Assembly: GCA_964388035.1 (NCBI GenBank)
Contig: CAYLZE010000086.1
Coordinates: 1-21,835 of the forward strand
Length of the DNA stretch: 21,835 nucleotides
Direction: 5' to 3'
DNA from: an uncultured archaeon
Lineage (GTDB): Archaea; Asgardarchaeota; Lokiarchaeia; Sigyniarchaeales; SOKP01
Under the pieces are notes generated by a model. That model was not told where the DNA came from, ran no database searches, and saw nothing but the letters and a program-made list of their open reading frames with translations. Below, piece after piece: positions 16,543 through 21,835 of the stretch; the first letter of the stretch is position 1; each line of letters opens with the position of its first letter. The translations under genes were made by a program, and so were the position numbers.

Positions 16543-17379
16543 ATGCCCATAATTAAAGTGCAATGCCCCAGATGTCTAAAGGATGGTAATATTACTATTC
16601 AAGAAGGCATGCTTCATGATAAAAAGGGAATAACGGCAATTAATGTGGCAGAAAAAGTGATTTGTAAGCACTCGTTTTTAGTTTATGTTGATAGAAATTA
16701 TATCATGAGAGATGCCTTTAGTGCTGATTTTAATGTTATACTTCCGGAGTTAAAGTTAAAACAAGAAGAAATAGATACCCCTTATCCAAAAAGCTTTGAT
16801 ATATATTTACTAATTATCAATTTAAGAGCTATAACCTTCGTGTATATCTTGAAAAGTATTTTTTCTCATAGAAAAATCTTGATAATAAACGATATTAATA
16901 ATTTAAAAAATCATTTTAACGAATTTATTAAATTTATCACGCAAGGAACATTTGAAACAGAAATAGTATTAGAATCAAGGGATTTATATGTAAAAAATAG
17001 AAAAAAGTACAATGATTACATTATCATAGATGGTATAGAGATATTAAATGATAAAGATAAACTATTAAACGATAAGAAAATTGAAGTCGAACAGTTTATT
17101 GTTAAGAATTTCTTAGCTGAAAATAATCCAGAGACTGGTTTAATAATCCTCAAAAATGAAATTAAGAAAGCCTTTATTTTATCCAAGGAAATCATTGAAT
17201 TTAATAACAAGCTCAGGAATGAAAAATATTCATCGAAAAAAATATTGGATCATTTCATGAAAACGCGCAATCTAAAAATATCCTATGATTATCTTAACTT
17301 CTTGACTCAGATTATCAAGGATCATTTCAATCTAAAATTATCAACAGAATCAACAGCAAGTGATTTTTTTAGTTTTTAA
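16543..17379 (+). CDS. Hypothetical protein with N-terminal CPxC...CxH putative Zn-binding domain
   Basis: 278-aa ORF; VQCPRC...ICKHSFLVYVDRN. Confidence 0.75.
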   Translation: MPIIKVQCPRCLKDGNITIQEGMLHDKKGITAINVAEKVICKHSFLVYVDRNYIMRDAFSADFNVILPELKLKQEEIDTPYPKSFDIYLLIINLRAITFVYILKSIFSHRKILIINDINNLKNHFNEFIKFITQGTFETEIVLESRDLYVKNRKKYNDYIIIDGIEILNDKDKLLNDKKIEVEQFIVKNFLAENNPETGLIILKNEIKKAFILSKEIIEFNNKLRNEKYSSKKILDHFMKTRNLKISYDYLNFLTQIIKDHFNLKLSTESTASDFFSF

Positions 17380-17498
17380 TAGATTCAATTTACAAAATAT
17401 TATTGCATGACGATTATAGCATATTTTCTCCCTTGAAAACAACATTTATATATGAATATTTTTATTAGTAATGCAATTTGAATTATTCCAAAATTTAA

Positions 17499-18224
17499 AT
17501 GAATAGGATGGTTGATTTTACACTTCTCACTTCGGCATTAGCAGGTTATATTTCCGTAGCTATTTTAATAGCAATTGGAATATTATTAATAATTAAATAT
17601 CAAAAATATAAATATCCCCCTTTAATCTGGTGGGGATTAAGCACTATATTTCTAACAACTACTTATTTACACGCCCCGATTAATAGTACTTTAATTTTTT
17701 TAGAACATGCACCACTAACAGCCTCCCAAGTAAGTTTATTTTACACTATTGGACCGTTAACACTTGTTGCGTGGATTACTGCGTGGAGTGAAATTCTCTA
17801 TAAAGATAACATTAAATTAATTAGAGTAATAGTGATAATGTTTGCAGCATTTCTTTATATAGCTTTTTTCATGTTCTTTTTTATTGATATGGGGATGTTG
17901 ATGACCTTTAATCCACCGAATACTTATATTCCCGGACCTTGGATATTAATTAACGGGATATTGATGTTAATGATTTTCATGCTGACGGCAATAAAATTAT
18001 GGGCGAATGGAAGAAAATCAGAGGATAAGGAAATTAGAATTAAAGGATTGTTGTTCTTAATACAAGCATTAATTTTATTTATGGGCATTGTAATAAATTT
18101 AATTGCGGGAAATATTTTTTTAGAAGTATTAGGTTATGCCTTGATAATTATTGCAGGGATATTACTTTATATTTCCCAAGCTTGGCCAGAATGGGCGAAA
18201 AAGATCTTCGTTAGAAATATTTAA
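17499..18224 (+). CDS. Hypothetical seven-transmembrane protein
   Basis: Seven hydrophobic segments counted by eye; ends ...AWPEWAKKIF. Confidence 0.8.
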   Translation: MNRMVDFTLLTSALAGYISVAILIAIGILLIIKYQKYKYPPLIWWGLSTIFLTTTYLHAPINSTLIFLEHAPLTASQVSLFYTIGPLTLVAWITAWSEILYKDNIKLIRVIVIMFAAFLYIAFFMFFFIDMGMLMTFNPPNTYIPGPWILINGILMLMIFMLTAIKLWANGRKSEDKEIRIKGLLFLIQALILFMGIVINLIAGNIFLEVLGYALIIIAGILLYISQAWPEWAKKIFVRNI

Positions 18225-18226
18225 GA

Positions 18227-18257
18227 TTTTTTGGTTTTTGGTTTTTTTTTTTTTTTT
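18227..18257 (+). terminator. Long oligo-T tract after the 7TM gene
   Basis: T-rich tract ending in an uninterrupted run of about 16 T immediately after the stop codon. Confidence 0.55.
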
Positions 18258-18427
18258 CACATTTTTTAAATTTGAGAATATGTAAATTGGACTATATCAA
18301 TTAATAAATATTAATCTAAAATCTTTTTCTTCATGAGTCAATTAAAAGATACTACATCGCTATCTCTATCCCAATGACTTGATTCCGATTGGAAAAAATC
18401 TTGTAATATTGTACCAATCAAGTTAAT

Positions 18428-18619
18428 ATGCTAACAAAAAAAATAGTTTCCTTAGAATTAAAGAATTATAAATTGTTTAAAGATTTAAAAATTGATTTTG
18501 ATAAGTATAATGTATTTATTGGCTCTAATTCGTCCGGTAAATCTTCTATAGCAGAGGTCTTTATTTCTTTTAGAGCATTGATCAGGCATTTTAATAAAAT
18601 GGGAAACGGATGTAATTGA
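18428..18619 (+). pseudogene. N-terminal fragment of an SMC/OLD/AbiEii-like ABC-type (AAA_15/AAA_21/AAA_23) ATPase
   Basis: IVSLELKNYKLFKDLKIDF..YNVFIGSNSSGKSSI (Walker A); ends after 63 aa with no Walker B. Confidence 0.75.
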
Positions 18620-18624
18620 ATAAA

Positions 18625-19545
18625 TTATCCCAGGTTAAACAATTTTCTCGCTTTTTCAACCGTGCCCGCATCATATTTCCTAAATAAAGCATAAGCCGTA
18701 ATGGGTACTATACAACCGCAATTCTCACATAGTAAGGGGGAATTTCCCATAACACAAAATTTTTCGGTTCCATCGGGATAGAAACTTTTAATTTGACCGG
18801 TTTTAAATATGCAATGCGGCACAAATTCTTTGGTGAGGTATAGTTCTAACATTTTTCGGGAATAACAAACAAAATTTCCATATTTACGCGTTACTTTTAA
18901 AACGTTTTTTATTGCTTCTCGTAACATGTTTCCTTTTAATAATAAAGGGTCGTCAGGATACCCCGTATAAAATTGAAAGACAAGTCCGGATGCGCCATTA
19001 TCATGAGCAATCTTAGCAATATCTTCAATTTCCTTATAATTCAATGTCATTATGGCAGAAGTAACAACAGGATGGTATTCCCGAATATTTTCGAGGACTT
19101 TATCAAAAACCATCGCCCCTCTTATCTTATCATGAGTTTCTTTCGTGCCATCTATACTCACCCAGTACCATGCTTGTTTTTTTCCCTTAAATTGGGGCAA
19201 TTTCATGACGCCATTTGATACCACTTGCACTGAGGGGAAAATCTTGATTGCTTCTTCAATAAGATCTTTTCTTAAGGTAGGTTCTCCGCCGGTTAATACA
19301 GCTATTTTTGTTCCCAATTTTTTATGATATTTAAAAACCTTAATCCATTCTTCGTTCGATAATTCTTTCCTTTTACTTTCTAATTCCTCCGTGGATGAGA
19401 AAAAATAACAATGTTTACATTTTAAATTACACTGCCATGTTAAATCATAATTAACGTAAAATGGAACCTTTCGTATTATTGATTGTAGAAATTTTGGTGC
19501 CATAGAAATAAAACTTACAACATTTTTTATCTTAAATAGGCTCAT
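18625..19545 (-). CDS. Radical SAM protein with C-terminal Cys-rich (auxiliary-cluster-like) region
   Basis: CNLKCKHC (CxxxCxxC), LTGGEPTLR, SNG, VSIDG...HDKIRG; C-terminal C..YPDG...C...CENCGC. Confidence 0.92.
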   Translation of the reverse strand: MSLFKIKNVVSFISMAPKFLQSIIRKVPFYVNYDLTWQCNLKCKHCYFFSSTEELESKRKELSNEEWIKVFKYHKKLGTKIAVLTGGEPTLRKDLIEEAIKIFPSVQVVSNGVMKLPQFKGKKQAWYWVSIDGTKETHDKIRGAMVFDKVLENIREYHPVVTSAIMTLNYKEIEDIAKIAHDNGASGLVFQFYTGYPDDPLLLKGNMLREAIKNVLKVTRKYGNFVCYSRKMLELYLTKEFVPHCIFKTGQIKSFYPDGTEKFCVMGNSPLLCENCGCIVPITAYALFRKYDAGTVEKARKLFNLG

Positions 19546-19571
19546 TATTATTCAATTAAAAATATGATGCT

Positions 19572-19654
19572 ATATAATAATATTGATTATAATAATGATG
19601 GTACACTGAAATATAATAATGTTGATTATAATAATGGTGGTACACAGAAATATA
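19572..19654. repeat. Tandem repeat: 2 x 39 bp (3 mismatches) plus the start of a third copy
   Basis: ATATAATAATATTGATTATAATAATGATGGTACACTGAA (19572-19610) / ATATAATAATGTTGATTATAATAATGGTGGTACACAGAA (19611-19649) / ATATA. Confidence 0.9.
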
Positions 19655-19832
19655 TAAATATTTATCGAAAGTTGACCGGAGAGATTTTTTAAAACATGAA
19701 GTCTAATTGTCTTGTTTTTATTATTGTAATAAAGTAAAAAAATAGATTTATCGATCAACTCCATCCACTAATTTTTAAAATAGAACTTTTAGGTACTCAA
19801 AAGTACTCATAAAGTCAGGTATCGAGATAATT

Positions 19833-20891
19833 ATGCTACCACTTAAATCCATTATTTCAAGAAAATTTAATTTTTTAAAAAAATCTGGAAAAAATGTATT
19901 CTATTATTATTAGTTTTTAAGATTAGATGATTTTAAGAAGATAGAGATCGGATCTAACCCGCATTTGTATCGTAATGAAGTGGGAATAAAAATTGAAAAT
20001 TCGAATCTGGTTTCTCAGCTGATCACTCTTTTTAAGGACATGTATCTCATTAAATATAATGTATAATATCCCTTCAATGATCCAGAACAAGACGAAAATA
20101 GACCCGTTGTTTATTCGAGGCAAATAATATGTGAAGATAAGAATTATTTATCAAATTTAGTTGATACAGAAACTGATTCAAACAGTAATTTGGAATTTAT
20201 CTGGACGTACGAATTTTTAAATAAAAGTCATTATTTCACAAGGTTTCAGCCTCAAAAGCTTCTCGAAAAAATTAAAGAAATTCTTGAAGAGGAGAGACAA
20301 TTCATTTTATTGACCACTTTCAGTCTCTTGGATCCCCATCCACCATCGCTTGATATACAATAATAATAAATATCCCAATCCCGATTGCAGGCATCAATTC
20401 ATTTTCGCCAAGTATTTTATTATAAGGGGAAGCGTATTAGTTGAACAATGTAAGTATAAGGAAGCGTTGAGGCAATTTACTAATGCATTATACTTTGACC
20501 CATCATCGTTAACTGCTTTAAATGGCATTGATGTTTGTCATGATCATTTAAATAAGTCAAATATAGCTTTGGATATGTTTAATAAAATTATACAACAAGA
20601 TCCTTCCTACATGCTAGCATATTTTAATAAAGGAGCTGTGTATATCAAGAAAAAAAATATGAATAAACTACTGAAATGATCTAGAAATTATTAGAGTTGG
20701 ATTCGAATTATGCTAGAGCATATTATTTAAAAGCGTGTCTTCATTCCGTTCAAAATATAATTAACAACGCGATTACAAATTTAAAAATTACTTTAGAAAT
20801 TGATAATAAATTAATAAAAGATGCGGAAAATAATCCCGATCTGGCGAATATTAGAGATTCTCCCTTATTCAAAGACTTAACTTATTCATAG
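19833..20891 (+). pseudogene. Decayed TPR-repeat protein gene
   Basis: TPR patterns (RG..L....KYKEAL..F..AL..DP; AYFNKGAVY; AYYLKACLHS...AI..LK..LEID...AENNPDL) are split across ORFs 20350-20679 and 20697-20891. Stops at 19911, 20064, 20664 and 20682, plus two frame switches. The 5' boundary is uncertain. Confidence 0.7.
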
Positions 20892-21071
20892 TATCAATCA
20901 ATTTAATATATTAAGAAATAAGGATTTTTTCCCATTACATTGTCTAAATATTGTGAGTTATGAAACAACGAATTAAGGAAAAACTTACATTATCTTGATA
21001 AGAATAAATCATAAATTTGAGTAAGCCATAACTTTTATAAATATCTTAATTACTTAACTATATAGAATAAA

Positions 21072-21835
21072 ATGAGTAGCACTATCCCAGAATTTCTGAT
21101 TACAGATAACGAGGGACATCAAGTCATTGCTCTCAAATTGATCAATGGAAAGACATATATCTTCATTGGAAAAAAGAAAATAACCACCTGCATGACCGTG
21201 GCTGTTACGCTCCCAGAAGAAGACTTGCCTGCCCTAAAAAATGTTGAATCAATCAATGATCTCATCCACCTATATAAGAAACATGATGTGGAAGATTTAA
21301 TCACTCCTGAAGAAGCTTTTTGGGTACACTGCTCCAACATCGAAACTTGGGTCAGGCACGATTATGATACTCACTTGCTCGATTATGGCCTTTCATTCAC
21401 ATTACTCAAGGAACTGGCAAGAAAGGGTGTTCCCCGAGCAACTATGAGATTGCATGAGGAGGTTATAGAACGCTACAAATATGGAAATGAGGAAATACGC
21501 AATTTTTTGATTGATTTATTCTATTGTAAATATCTCTCGCTCGAGGAGATCTATTATAATATACGAGAGGAACAACGGTACGCATTAATAAAAATAAGGA
21601 AAATAGTACCCAATTTTCCTTTTAGTGGCGTAAAAGTTGGAGAAAATGGTTCAGTGGAGTCTTTAGAGGTAGAAATAAATAAAGCTCTCAACAAGAAACA
21701 GATTGAGATCCTTCAAGCTGAAACTTCCAAACTAACTTCCTTGAAGTCGTTAAATATTCTTAATAAAGCTGAAAATATTATTACTGTGAATATTGGTCCC
21801 TTGCCAAGACTTGAAATGCTAACTGCATCCAATGT
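21072..21835 (+). CDS. Leucine-rich-repeat protein with a Lokiarchaeia-type N-terminal domain; 3' end runs off the window (not in the ORF track)
   Basis: Open frame from ATG 21072 (MSSTIPEFLITD...ITPEEAFWVHCSNIETWVRHDYDTHLL...LSFTLLKELA...EEVIERY). LRR-like LTSLKSLNI and LPRLEMLTASN occur at the window edge. Confidence 0.85.
   Translation, partial: MSSTIPEFLITDNEGHQVIALKLINGKTYIFIGKKKITTCMTVAVTLPEEDLPALKNVESINDLIHLYKKHDVEDLITPEEAFWVHCSNIETWVRHDYDTHLLDYGLSFTLLKELARKGVPRATMRLHEEVIERYKYGNEEIRNFLIDLFYCKYLSLEEIYYNIREEQRYALIKIRKIVPNFPFSGVKVGENGSVESLEVEINKALNKKQIEILQAETSKLTSLKSLNILNKAENIITVNIGPLPRLEMLTASN

Noticed and set aside
17499-18224. Rhodopsin or schizorhodopsin
   Set aside because: No retinal-binding Lys in helix 7 and no helix-3 RYxxW-type motif
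18617-18700. Selenocysteine readthrough of TGA in the ATPase stub or other TGA-ended genes
   Set aside because: Readthrough enters the antisense strand of the radical SAM gene and stops within ~25 codons; the other TGA stops fall at normal protein ends; no SECIS recognised
19570-19764. 64-aa Ile-rich minus-strand ORF, or the repeat as a CRISPR array
   Set aside because: The Ile runs are a by-product of the TAA/ATT repeat. The units are directly adjacent with no spacers and there are no cas genes.
19911-20684. Stop-codon reassignment explaining the TPR in-frame stops
   Set aside because: Both TAA and TAG occur together with frameshifts, and both codons terminate normal genes in this window
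1075-21340. Short track ORFs antisense to or nested in real genes (e.g. 1075-1302, 3507-3725, 4172-4363, 4268-4549, 6429-6704, 6676-6909, 8020-8217, 8696-9224, 10408-10599, 11839-12048, 14711-14899, 15043-15540, 17016-17210, 18973-19327, 19923-20123, 21119-21340)
   Set aside because: Shadow ORFs overlapping well-supported genes, with no recognisable motifs

Overview
AT-rich archaeal chromosomal window, most likely from an Asgard archaeon (Lokiarchaeia). That assignment is inferred from lineage-typical hypothetical families: an LRR protein with an 'FWxHCSNxxxW..YDT.LL' N-terminal domain, small CxxC...CCxC proteins, a stand-alone 7TM protein and a URO-D-family paralogue. The left 12.5 kb holds pieces of the conserved archaeal information-processing superoperon: rps6e, rpl24e, rpoN, rpl7ae and rps28e on +, and rpoE'-spt4-DUF359-rps24e-rps27ae ... 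kae1-bud32 on -. A ~5 kb ammonium-assimilation block (amtB-glnK facing glnA, a small Zn-finger gene and an RHH regulator) sits between rps27ae and kae1. The right part is accessory: geranylgeranyl reductase, C-GCAxxG-C-C protein, URO-D-family protein, hypotheticals, an AAA-ATPase stub, a radical SAM gene with a 39-bp tandem repeat upstream, a decayed TPR gene and a partial LRR gene. The most striking observation is that two core genes, kae1 and rpoE', have no in-frame ATG/GTG/TTG upstream of their conserved N-terminal motifs. Each has an ATT (in the context ACT-ATT) behind a Shine-Dalgarno-like motif exactly where the initiator Met is expected, and kae1 is also overlapped by a short out-of-frame uORF. 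No rRNA, tRNA, CRISPR array or transposase was seen.
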